Origin: Theionarchaea archaeon
Lineage (GTDB): Archaea; Methanobacteriota_B; Thermococci; Methanofastidiosales; SZ-28-30
Assembly: GCA_018992685.1 (NCBI GenBank)
Contig: JACVGT010000003.1
Location: forward strand, 64,001 to 128,000
DNA: 64,000 nucleotides
Direction of reading: 5' to 3'
The notes below the pieces were generated by a model. The model had not been told where the DNA came from. It did not search any database and saw only the letters and a list, made by a program, of their open reading frames with translations. Made by a program: the position numbers and the translations under genes. The first letter of the stretch is position 1; each line of letters opens with the position of its first letter. This document shows, one piece after another, positions 9,226 to 19,482 of this stretch.

Positions 9226-9776
9226 AAACGGTGGTGGGCATTACAGGTGCTTCAGGAACGATCTATGGGATCAGGCTTCTGCAGGTCTTGCCGGGTGAGA
9301 AGTTCGTGGTGGTTACTGAAAATGGGAAGGCCCTGATCACTGAGGAAACTCAGTATTGTCTTGAGGACATTAAGGGCATGGGGACGGTTTATGAAGATCA
9401 TGAACTGGATGCTCCCTTCTCCTCAGGGAGTTTTCTCTTTGACAGCCTGGTGGTGGCCCCTTGTTCGACCTCAACATTATCCAAGATTGCCTGTGGAATT
9501 TCAGATACACTGATTACCCGATGTGCATCCGTGGCTCTCAAGGAGCGGAGAACCCTGGTGCTCGTTCCCCGGGAAACACCACTGAGCACAGTCCTGCTGC
9601 AGAACATGGCAAAGTTGTCCATGCAGGGAGCTTCCATCCTGCCTGCCATGCCTGCTTTCTATCAAAAGCCTCAGACAGTGAAAGACATGGTTGATTTCGT
9701 GGTGGGAAAGATCCTGGATCAACTAGGAGTAGAACACCAGCTGTTTCAACGATGGAATCCTCTCAAAGTTCCCTGA
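9222..9776 (+). CDS. ubiX: Flavin prenyltransferase UbiX
   Basis: Motifs VGITGASG, SSGS, APCS-TL-KIA-G, LKERR-LVLVPRETP and PAMPAFY. Confidence 0.95.
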   Translation: MKTVVGITGASGTIYGIRLLQVLPGEKFVVVTENGKALITEETQYCLEDIKGMGTVYEDHELDAPFSSGSFLFDSLVVAPCSTSTLSKIACGISDTLITRCASVALKERRTLVLVPRETPLSTVLLQNMAKLSMQGASILPAMPAFYQKPQTVKDMVDFVVGKILDQLGVEHQLFQRWNPLKVP

Positions 9777-10034
9777 GGATGACACAGGCAGAATTCTGAC
9801 TGGGACAGATCTGGTAGGTCCCGCTCACTTGGATCATGGACAAATGAGTCCTGGAGCAGCTCTCTCATGTTTTCCTGGAAGGTTCAATCGTACTATTTCA
9901 GGAGATTTATGAAGGAAAACCATCTTATTTTCTATTTGGAATTCATTTCTTGTCTTTTCTCAGCACTATTCTCCTCTGCTCCTTCTTTCTACTCGTATCG
10001 TAACCTTTATATAATTCAGAGAACACCTTCAGGT

Positions 10035-10898
10035 ATGAAGACTGCTCTCCTCATGGGTATTCTTACAGGCCTCCTTATGGCTACAGGCTACATCATCGGG
10101 ATGGTGGTGGGCATTGATCCCTTCATCATGGTGACGGTTGCATTTGCTCTGGCCATGGCGCTGAATCTTGTGTCCTACTGGTATTCAGATAGAATTGTCT
10201 TGAAAATGTATGGAGCAGATACTGTTTCTGAGAATATTGCTCCTGAACTGTATTCCATGATCTCCCAGCTCGCTCTGAAAGCAGGAGTTCCCACACCCAA
10301 GATTGCCATCATCAACAGTGAGACTCCCAATGCTTTTGCCACAGGACGGAACCCTGACAATGCCGTGGTGGCAGTAACAAGTGGTGCTCTCAGCTTGCTG
10401 CGCAGAGAGGAGTTGGAAGCAGTACTGGCTCATGAACTGGGCCACATCAAGAACAAGGACATGTTCATCTCAACAGTAGCTGCTGTTCTTGCAGGAACTA
10501 TTGGATATTTGGGATTCATGGGGCGCATGATGCTGTGGACCAGAGGGTCACGGAGGGATTCTGGTTATGAACAGCTTATTGGAGTAGTGCTTCTTGCTGT
10601 TTTCATTCCTCTGGCAGCTTTGATGATCCGTCTGGCCATTTCACGCGGCCGCGAATATCAGGCAGATGAAAGTGGAGCCGTCATTTCTGGAAACCCCAAT
10701 GCACTGGCAGATGCACTGATCCGCATAGAAGACGTGGTCGCCCGCAGGCCCCTCAGGCAGGGAAGCCCTGCCACAGCCCACCTGTTCATTGTCAATCCGT
10801 TCAAGGCAGATAGCCTCATCCAATTACTGTCTACCCATCCTACCACGGCTTCACGGGTAAAAAGGCTGCGGGAATTGGCGCAGACTCCCTACCGATAG
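10035..10898 (+). CDS. htpX: Zinc metalloprotease HtpX (M48)
   Basis: Motifs PNAFATGR, HELGH, SR-REY-AD and STHP. Leaderless start 29 nt after TTTATATA. Confidence 0.95.
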   Translation: MKTALLMGILTGLLMATGYIIGMVVGIDPFIMVTVAFALAMALNLVSYWYSDRIVLKMYGADTVSENIAPELYSMISQLALKAGVPTPKIAIINSETPNAFATGRNPDNAVVAVTSGALSLLRREELEAVLAHELGHIKNKDMFISTVAAVLAGTIGYLGFMGRMMLWTRGSRRDSGYEQLIGVVLLAVFIPLAALMIRLAISRGREYQADESGAVISGNPNALADALIRIEDVVARRPLRQGSPATAHLFIVNPFKADSLIQLLSTHPTTASRVKRLRELAQTPYR

Positions 10899-10935
10899 AC
10901 CAAACCTTTATATTCTTCAAATGCTATTCCCCCCT

Positions 10936-12186
10936 ATGAAAGTCCCCTACGGCAGCAAATTGGCCTTGTACCGCCTGCCTGACATGTCGCTGGCAGACAT
11001 TGTGAAAAGGGCTGCTCAGGAAAAGGTGACTGGATATATCAGGGTGACGACAGAGAAAGAGGAACTCGTTGATTTCTACATCTTCCTCTTGAGAGGAGAT
11101 GTTGTAGGTGGGTATTCAGAATCTGGCAAGGAACAGGTGTTCGGTGACCCTGCATATACTGGTGCTTTTTACCCCTTTGACAAAGGATTAGTTGACGTGA
11201 GGGGTCTGGGGGAGTCGGTGGTGTCTCTGCTGGCAGGTAACTATCCTGAAATGGCAGTGAGTACCTCTACCATACCCGACATTCCTGAGGAGGAACGCGT
11301 GCCGGAAGACACCCGATACCTGGTGATAGCAAACATGAGGATACCACAGGGTGATCTGCTGGACTTTCAGTTGGCTGTCCATGTTACTGATTTCTGGGAG
11401 CTCCTTGATGATCTTGAACAGCGTGCCCTCACTGGATATTTCAGAATTTTTGCAGAAGAAGATGAAGCTCCTCGAGATGGCTGCGTGTTCTTCTCAGGAG
11501 GGAAAGCAGTGGGTGCATTGTATGAGTCAGCAGCGGAGTTGAAGTATGGAGATGAAGCTCTATTCAAAATACTGTTCATATTTTCCTTAGAGAAGGGAAT
11601 TATTGATTTTCATGAGTTGAAACCCATATATCTGAAGACTGTGTTGAAGTATTCTGCCCTCAAGCTGTCTGGAACTCCTCAGGAGGTCTTCCACCGTATA
11701 GAAGAGGAGGAACTGGAAGCCATAACAAAGGTCCGCTCTTACTTTGGGATTCCAGAGGGAGACCAGGTTATTTCTACCCATGTACGAGAGCTGGCTGCCC
11801 TGGAAATTCTGCTCCGGACTCTCAAGGACAGAGGAATCGAAGGATATCTGGTGCTGTCCTCACACAGAGGGGCGGGTATCATGATTGTTCAGGGAGGTCT
11901 TCCTCGCGCTGCATTCCACCAGTCAGGCGACAGAGAATTGCAGGCAGGGAAAGCTCTGGAGGCATTCATGGATCAGATCCAGGAAGAAACGAATGTCAAG
12001 ATATTCACGCTCTCCCGTGAAGAAGTGGAAAAAGCCCTGAACCGCAAGGAAGCCTCTATCAGGGATTCAGACTCTGTGAGCGAGGCCATTGTGCATGAAC
12101 TGGGAGAAGATCTCTTCATTGAAATCAAGGAAGCTCACCGGTTCAAAGCAGAGTTTGAAAGGCGGAGGAAGAAGGTCAGTGATTAG
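10936..12186 (+). CDS. Protein of three tandem DUF2226/PATAN-like domains
   Basis: Three internal repeats of pattern '[IV]P-x-G...(T/E)GY[IFL]-x-[VIL]...G-x2-(V/R)-x-(G/A)'. Confidence 0.6.
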   Translation: MKVPYGSKLALYRLPDMSLADIVKRAAQEKVTGYIRVTTEKEELVDFYIFLLRGDVVGGYSESGKEQVFGDPAYTGAFYPFDKGLVDVRGLGESVVSLLAGNYPEMAVSTSTIPDIPEEERVPEDTRYLVIANMRIPQGDLLDFQLAVHVTDFWELLDDLEQRALTGYFRIFAEEDEAPRDGCVFFSGGKAVGALYESAAELKYGDEALFKILFIFSLEKGIIDFHELKPIYLKTVLKYSALKLSGTPQEVFHRIEEEELEAITKVRSYFGIPEGDQVISTHVRELAALEILLRTLKDRGIEGYLVLSSHRGAGIMIVQGGLPRAAFHQSGDRELQAGKALEAFMDQIQEETNVKIFTLSREEVEKALNRKEASIRDSDSVSEAIVHELGEDLFIEIKEAHRFKAEFERRRKKVSD

Positions 12187-12226
12187 AAAGAGAACACTTC
12201 GAAACCATCGTTCATGACAGCAGTTG

Positions 12227-13360
12227 CTATTTGAATGCCAGTTTTATCAATGGTGGTGTAATGAAGGTGGTTACCAGCACTATGGCCACTGTCAGTGAAT
12301 AAACCAGAGATGAGATGACACCAGCTGTCAGCCCCATGGACGCGATGATCAGCGCCACTTCCAGGCGAGGGACCATTCCAACGCCAACCTGCAGAGCTTC
12401 ACGTGGAGAAAGACCTCCCACAACCGCCAGGATTCCTGATCCCAGAACCTTGCCTCCAATGGCTGCAACCACCACCAGGACTGCCATTCCCAGCATGGTG
12501 ATCTCATGAAGGTTGGTATTCACACCAATGTTGACAAAGAAGAGAGGAACAAAAAAGCCATATCCTATTGCATTGATCTTGCTCTCAACGGATTCCTTTC
12601 GGGAGCTTCTACTCATGACAATACCAGCAATAAAAGCTCCTGTGATTCCTGCTACCTGTGCTCGCTCTGCTATAACAGCCATGGACAACACGAAAATAAT
12701 GGCCACAGCCAGGGACGCTTCCTGCGTTCGCATTCGTGTGACCCAGGTGTCCAGCCTATCAGAAAGCCAGAACCCTGCTTTCAAACTGACTATGAAGAAC
12801 AGGGCCATGACACCAGTGAGCTCCAGGACACCCAGAACGGAGAATTCCTGATCAAGTGAAACTCCTCTCACAACGGTAAACACAATAATGCCGATGACAT
12901 CGTCAATAACAGCAGCTCCCAGGATGGTCATCCCCACACTTGTGTTAAGCTTCCCGATATCCATGAGCGTTCTCACGGTAATCCCCACACTCGTTGCAGT
13001 GAGGATTGTACCCAGGAAGAGTGAATCGACTGTGTTCCATCCATACGAATACCCTACCAGAAAAGCAAGACAAAAAGGAAGTCCCACTCCTCCCAGGGCC
13101 GCAAGCAGCGAGACCAGGCCGGTTTTCTTCATTTCCTCAAGGTCAGTTTCAAGCCCTGCCAGAAACATCAGAAGAATAATGCCGATTCCTGAAATATCAT
13201 TCATGGCGGGGTCAGGGGAAAAAAGGCGGAGCAAGGAGGGACCAAGAGCAAGACCCACCAGGAGTTCCCCCAAAACAGATGGAAGTTTAGCTCTTTCGGC
13301 TAATTCTCCTCCAATTTTGGCCATCAGCAAAAAAAACATAATCTGTATTAGAAATTCCAT
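12227..13360 (-). CDS. Cation:proton antiporter (CPA2/NapA-like)
   Basis: Motifs LPSVLGEL, LMFLAGLETD, ATSVGIT, GAAVIDD and GMVPR. Confidence 0.93.
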   Translation of the reverse strand: MEFLIQIMFFLLMAKIGGELAERAKLPSVLGELLVGLALGPSLLRLFSPDPAMNDISGIGIILLMFLAGLETDLEEMKKTGLVSLLAALGGVGLPFCLAFLVGYSYGWNTVDSLFLGTILTATSVGITVRTLMDIGKLNTSVGMTILGAAVIDDVIGIIVFTVVRGVSLDQEFSVLGVLELTGVMALFFIVSLKAGFWLSDRLDTWVTRMRTQEASLAVAIIFVLSMAVIAERAQVAGITGAFIAGIVMSRSSRKESVESKINAIGYGFFVPLFFVNIGVNTNLHEITMLGMAVLVVVAAIGGKVLGSGILAVVGGLSPREALQVGVGMVPRLEVALIIASMGLTAGVISSLVYSLTVAIVLVTTFITPPLIKLAFK

Positions 13361-13370
13361 GATATCACTG

Positions 13371-13883
13371 TCATATGAGTATTCTCAAGATGAGGAGCAG
13401 GTCCTTGACTCCTATGAGGCCAATGCACTTCCTGTTCTTGGTCACGGGCAGATGTCGAATCTTGTTATTGCGCATGATACGGGCAGCATCCTCCAATTTT
13501 GCATCAGGAGAAATGCAAATTGGATTCCGGGTCATAATGTCACCGACTGTTTCTGCACTTCTAAAAAACAGAGATCTGTACCCCAGCCCACCAATGCCGG
13601 TATGAGGAAGGGGTTTAGAAATCAGCTTCATCAGATCACTTTCTGTCACCAATCCCACAACGTCTCCCTTAGAACTGACAACGGTAAAACAGGTTTCCTC
13701 CTTTTCTTTGAGCTCATGCAGGAGATCCTGAAGAGACATGTCCTCCTTCACTGAAGGGATGTCTCTCATGATGTCTTTCACCTTCATTTTTGCAGGAAAT
13801 ACAATTTCTTTCCGAGTTTCAGCTTTCTGAGAGGTTTTCATCTCCTCGAGAGCTTCGTGCAGAAAACTCCTCTTGATGGGCAT
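13371..13883 (-). CDS. CBS-domain pair protein, probable antiporter regulator
   Basis: Two CBS motifs (VKDIM...VVGLVTESD; VGDIMTRNP...IRHLPV...IGLI). Confidence 0.9.
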   Translation of the reverse strand: MPIKRSFLHEALEEMKTSQKAETRKEIVFPAKMKVKDIMRDIPSVKEDMSLQDLLHELKEKEETCFTVVSSKGDVVGLVTESDLMKLISKPLPHTGIGGLGYRSLFFRSAETVGDIMTRNPICISPDAKLEDAARIMRNNKIRHLPVTKNRKCIGLIGVKDLLLILRILI

Positions 13884-14052
13884 CGTTGATTCTTTCTTAG
13901 AATAGACTTATAAGGTTTTCCCAGCAATGAAAATGGCTACCAGCAGGAGCAAAAGTGACAGGAAAGAACCCACAGCCTGACAAGCCCCCAGTATCTGACG
14001 GTCGAATGACGTGACGTACCACCAAAAAGAATGGACACAGAAGGGTACATTC

Positions 14053-14460
14053 TCAGCTGAACTCTAAGAATCTAATTTCCACTATTTCTGGTAGGCTTTT
14101 CAATTCTCTCTCCAGCTCACTGCTCACGACATCTGCCGTGCACATATCCAGCATTTTTACTGACGTGTACAGACCAGGGTCATCTTCTACCATTTCGCCT
14201 TCTGCATAGATGATGTTAATGTTGTGGGTCCCCAGCATGGAATCCACTTTGGCCATAGCCCCGGGAACATTTTTCATAAGCAGATTCATTTCCACCAGTT
14301 TGACCCCTGAGGATGCGAGCTTGGTAATAACAGCTTCCCGTGACCGCGTGTCTGCCTCGATGAGGACGTATGCACCTGAGTCGATTCTGAGTATCTCTGA
14401 GAGTTCTTGGGGAAGAATCAGCGACTTGCCTTTGACCTTGACGATCCAGTAATTCTTCAT
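14053..14460 (-). CDS. AbrB-like N-terminus plus ACT-domain regulatory protein
   Basis: 'GKSLILPQEL...I..G..V' swapped-hairpin-like N-terminus and ACT signature 'NVPGAMAKV...L..HNINI'. Confidence 0.7.
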   Translation of the reverse strand: MKNYWIVKVKGKSLILPQELSEILRIDSGAYVLIEADTRSREAVITKLASSGVKLVEMNLLMKNVPGAMAKVDSMLGTHNINIIYAEGEMVEDDPGLYTSVKMLDMCTADVVSSELERELKSLPEIVEIRFLEFS

Positions 14461-14962
14461 AGCAACACCTCAAGCTCAGATTCCAGAAGCCTTCTTATTA
14501 AGGTTTTTGGCTTCTCATCGTACGTCACTTCTTGATTCATGAAGCTCATCATACAGGCAATTGAGGAAATGTCGCAGCTTCTCCAAGCTCCGGGCGGCTT
14601 CATGAATTTCACCATGATCCTGGCTACAAGTTCTTGATTATTGTTCCCTTTTGTACTTAAAAACCTGTAGATATTAGCTTAATCTACAATTTCCTTTCTC
14701 GTGTGAAAATCACAGTCCCATTTTTCGCAAGAATGACCCAACTCATGGTATATTCTGTTGTAGATTTCGCAATCTACTGAGTCCCTGGGAGGGTAAGATT
14801 GGAGATTCTTGAGAAATTATGAAAGGATCGTAGAGTGTAACCCGAAAAACTTATATCCTCGGTGTGCTATAATAAGGTAGTCAGGAGAACTGAGCATATC
14901 AATCAAGACGGAACGAAAGGTTTATAAACGCTCAGTGGGAAGTCCAGAGAAAAGGTGTAGAA

Positions 14963-16099
14963 ATGGATAAGCGAGATCTTAAAATCCTGGAAAAGCTGTA
15001 CGAACATGGTCCGAAGAATCTGCCACAGTTGGTTCGTTCTCTAGAAATCCCTGAAAAGACTACCTACAGACGAATCAGAAATATGGAACAACGGGGATAT
15101 CTCATTGCCACAGTAAAACCTAACTACAAGGCCTTGCGAATGCGATACATCGTAGTTTTCTCTGAGGCTCTTTCTCACAAGGCAAAGGACATGTTATGTT
15201 CTCCCGACATCAAAGGTGTGTCCAATTGCATCGGATATATGAATGGATACTGCACTACTCACGCAGTAGCAGAGAAGAATGTAGATGACTTCAAACGCTA
15301 TGTAGAGTACCTGCGAGGAGAAGATATCGTCAGCAAGTATAGAATGTATGAGACTGTGCGGTTCCATCAGATTCCGGTAAAGTCGGACGCATATCTCGAA
15401 AGAAGACCCTTTGATTGGGATGCCTGGATTGATTCGGTGCAAGAAGGAAAACCAGAAGAAGAGAAAAAGAGGAAGAGAAAAACGAAGTTCGATAAGTTAG
15501 ACCTCTTCATGCTTAAGGAGCTGGAGCTTAACCCACGACAGGAATGGGTGGAGATCGCTGAAAAGTGGAAGAAGGTTACTGATGATGAGCTTTCCATTGA
15601 CTCGCTTTCCAAGAAGATTGGATGGCGATTCTCCAATCGTCATCAGAACCTGATTGAAACGTTTTTCGTGGCTGCTTCCAAGATGCGCGGAGAAAGACTT
15701 TTCGACTTGACCAATCTCTTCTACGTTGCATTGCATGCCAAGAATGAAAACTACGCTTACGGAATCGGACGGGCACTCAATGGTCTCTCCGGTCTTCCTG
15801 CCTTTGCATACTGGTCAAAGGTGCAGGGAATCCCATCTGTAATCTGCAAGTTCCAGATGTACAAAGAAGATTGTTTCGACTTCTTTGAAGCACTGTTGCG
15901 TCTGCAGGACTCAGGCGTCTTAACTGGTGTGGAAACCTACATGCTTTCACGACAGAAGGCACTTTCTCGAACAATTCCACTGGAACTGTTCGAGAGTGGA
16001 GACTGGAAGAAGATCAACTTCGAAGACTACAAGGGGGGTGAAAATTGTGAAGAAGTCTTCAGCACGACTACTGGCACTGGGAGGTCTGGTCAGCCCTGA
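14963..16099 (+). CDS. Lrp/AsnC-like regulator with two wHTH domains
   Basis: N-terminal MDKRDLKILEKL...LEIPEKTTYRRIRNMEQRG and a second HTH 'DKLDLFMLKELELNPRQEWVEIA'. Confidence 0.75.
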   Translation: MDKRDLKILEKLYEHGPKNLPQLVRSLEIPEKTTYRRIRNMEQRGYLIATVKPNYKALRMRYIVVFSEALSHKAKDMLCSPDIKGVSNCIGYMNGYCTTHAVAEKNVDDFKRYVEYLRGEDIVSKYRMYETVRFHQIPVKSDAYLERRPFDWDAWIDSVQEGKPEEEKKRKRKTKFDKLDLFMLKELELNPRQEWVEIAEKWKKVTDDELSIDSLSKKIGWRFSNRHQNLIETFFVAASKMRGERLFDLTNLFYVALHAKNENYAYGIGRALNGLSGLPAFAYWSKVQGIPSVICKFQMYKEDCFDFFEALLRLQDSGVLTGVETYMLSRQKALSRTIPLELFESGDWKKINFEDYKGGENCEEVFSTTTGTGRSGQP

Positions 16100-16181
16100 G
16101 CAAGCAGATCTCTCCGGCGACTGCAATCCGGGAGTGAAATGCAGGTCTTCGTGGAAACCTGCAGGGAATCATCCGGATTGA
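16047..16181 (+). CDS. Putative 44-aa peptide MKKSSARLLALGGLVSPEQADLSGDCNPGVKCRSSWKPAGNHPD
   Basis: SD GGGGGTGA 5 nt before GTG. Overlaps the regulator 3' end, and a long T tract follows its stop. Confidence 0.45.
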   Translation: MKKSSARLLALGGLVSPEQADLSGDCNPGVKCRSSWKPAGNHPD

Positions 16182-16188
16182 AACGTAC

Positions 16189-16230
16189 TTCTCTTTTTCA
16201 TTTTGTTTTTTTTGTTTTATTTTTTCTCTT
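16189..16230 (+). terminator. Oligo-T archaeal terminator
   Basis: Multiple T4-T8 runs directly after the stop at 16181. Confidence 0.65.
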
Positions 16231-16403
16231 GATCCTTTGTCCTCCTAAGCATCATATACAGGTCTCACACAGTTTTGATACAGTTTTCTCATATTGATAA
16301 TTCTTTAGATCTGAAAAGAGTGTTAATACAGGAATGGAATTCCTGAACTCCTTCCATCTTGGCCAGAATATTCATTCTCTTTCGCATTTCCATATCCTAC
16401 GGA

Positions 16404-16451
16404 CCGAAAGATTTATATACTTGAAGTTAACTTAACATTAGGTAAAGGTAA
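16404..16451 (+). promoter_or_regulatory. hsp20-cdc48 promoter with putative heat-shock repressor operator
   Basis: CCGAAAGA-TTTATATA followed by imperfect palindrome TTAACTTAAC-N5-GTAAAGGTAA over the predicted TSS. Confidence 0.6.
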
Positions 16452-16468
16452 GAAAGAGGTGATAAATA

Positions 16469-16936
16469 ATGGCATGGGACATCTTTGATGAAATACAGAG
16501 GATGCAGGAAGAGATGGACCGGATGTTCAATGACTTCTTTCGACGTCCTTATTATCGATCACTGGGGCCAGGAAGGTCACCACAGGAATCGGAACTGAGG
16601 GCGACCCCCCGAAAGAGGGAAGCCTTAACTGACGTACAGGAGACTGACAAGGAGGTTATCATAACAGCAGAGCTGCCAGGAATGACCAAGGAAGATATTG
16701 AGCTGAGCATAACCTCTGAAAGACTGGAAATAAGGGCAGAGTCTAAAGATGAACATAGCGAGTCAAGAGAAGGCTTCAAGGCATCAGGAAGGCAGTACAC
16801 GGGCTTCTATCGGAGCATCCCGTTCCCAGTACCTGTGAAGGCTGACGAGGCCAGAGCAACCTACAAGAACGGTGTCCTGGAGGTCTTTCTGCCCAAGAAA
16901 GACGTCGCTGAATCAAGGAATATCGAGATAGACTAG
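16469..16936 (+). CDS. hsp20: Small heat shock protein Hsp20
   Basis: Motifs DVQET...AELPG, A-YKNGVLEV-LPK. SD GAGGTGA. Confidence 0.96.
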   Translation: MAWDIFDEIQRMQEEMDRMFNDFFRRPYYRSLGPGRSPQESELRATPRKREALTDVQETDKEVIITAELPGMTKEDIELSITSERLEIRAESKDEHSESREGFKASGRQYTGFYRSIPFPVPVKADEARATYKNGVLEVFLPKKDVAESRNIEID

Positions 16937-16968
16937 TAGCATCAGTACTTTTCCTCTTTCTTTTTTGA

Positions 16969-19110
<2,142 letters not shown>

Positions 19111-19160
19111 ATCTTTCCCTTTCTTTCTTTGGCTTCTTCCTTTTCGGATTATTTTTTTCC
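19111..19160 (+). terminator. Pyrimidine/T-rich terminator after cdc48
   Basis: Successive T-rich tracts including T7. Confidence 0.55.
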
Positions 19161-19327
19161 TGCATTGTGATGCTGCCTTCCCCTCAGGGTGGCCTTACAC
19201 TCTGGAATTCTTGGCTTCATTGGCATCACATTGGGCACGTTTTCAAGATTCTCTTTTTGACCCGGGTGATTTGAACGACTGCATGACCATGCAAAAACTT
19301 ATATAGGTCGTATCAGAAGACAAAGGT

Positions 19328-19474
19328 GGAGGAAAGGAGGATAGAACTGTGTGTCTATCTAAATACTGGGTGTCTGCTGTAGTTCTGGCTATATGCCAGG
19401 AAGCTGCAGCGTAGCTGTTCGCGAAGAGCGGACAGAGAACGCAGTAGTCCCTTTCTCCTCCTGATTTTGAGGAG
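19328..19474 (+). promoter_or_regulatory. Structured 5' leader (riboswitch/attenuator candidate) of the GH3-radical SAM operon
   Basis: TATA at 19298-19305, three hairpins, a closing stem, a 7-bp pseudoknot and an alternative SD-sequestering hairpin (detailed in findings). Confidence 0.55.
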
Positions 19475-19482
19475 GTGGAAAG

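Noticed and set aside
9775-9860. Possible C/D box sRNA (AGGATGA...CTGA) after ubiX
   Set aside because: Box C is degenerate and there is no convincing C'/D pair at the expected spacing.
13900-14050. Hydrophobic reading-frame fragment (...SFLSLLLLLVAIFIAGKTL) on the minus strand
   Set aside because: That frame has no SD-linked start codon. It could be a gene remnant but this cannot be supported.
14752-14777. CTGTTGTAGAT similar to the 3' end of a Cas12a direct repeat
   Set aside because: Only a partial single match, with no repeat-spacer array and no cas genes in the window.
19309-19345. TATCAGAAG...GGTGGAGG resembling the SAM-I riboswitch 5' end
   Set aside because: It lies mostly upstream of the predicted TSS, and the GCAACC and GGTGC-AA-TCC elements are missing.
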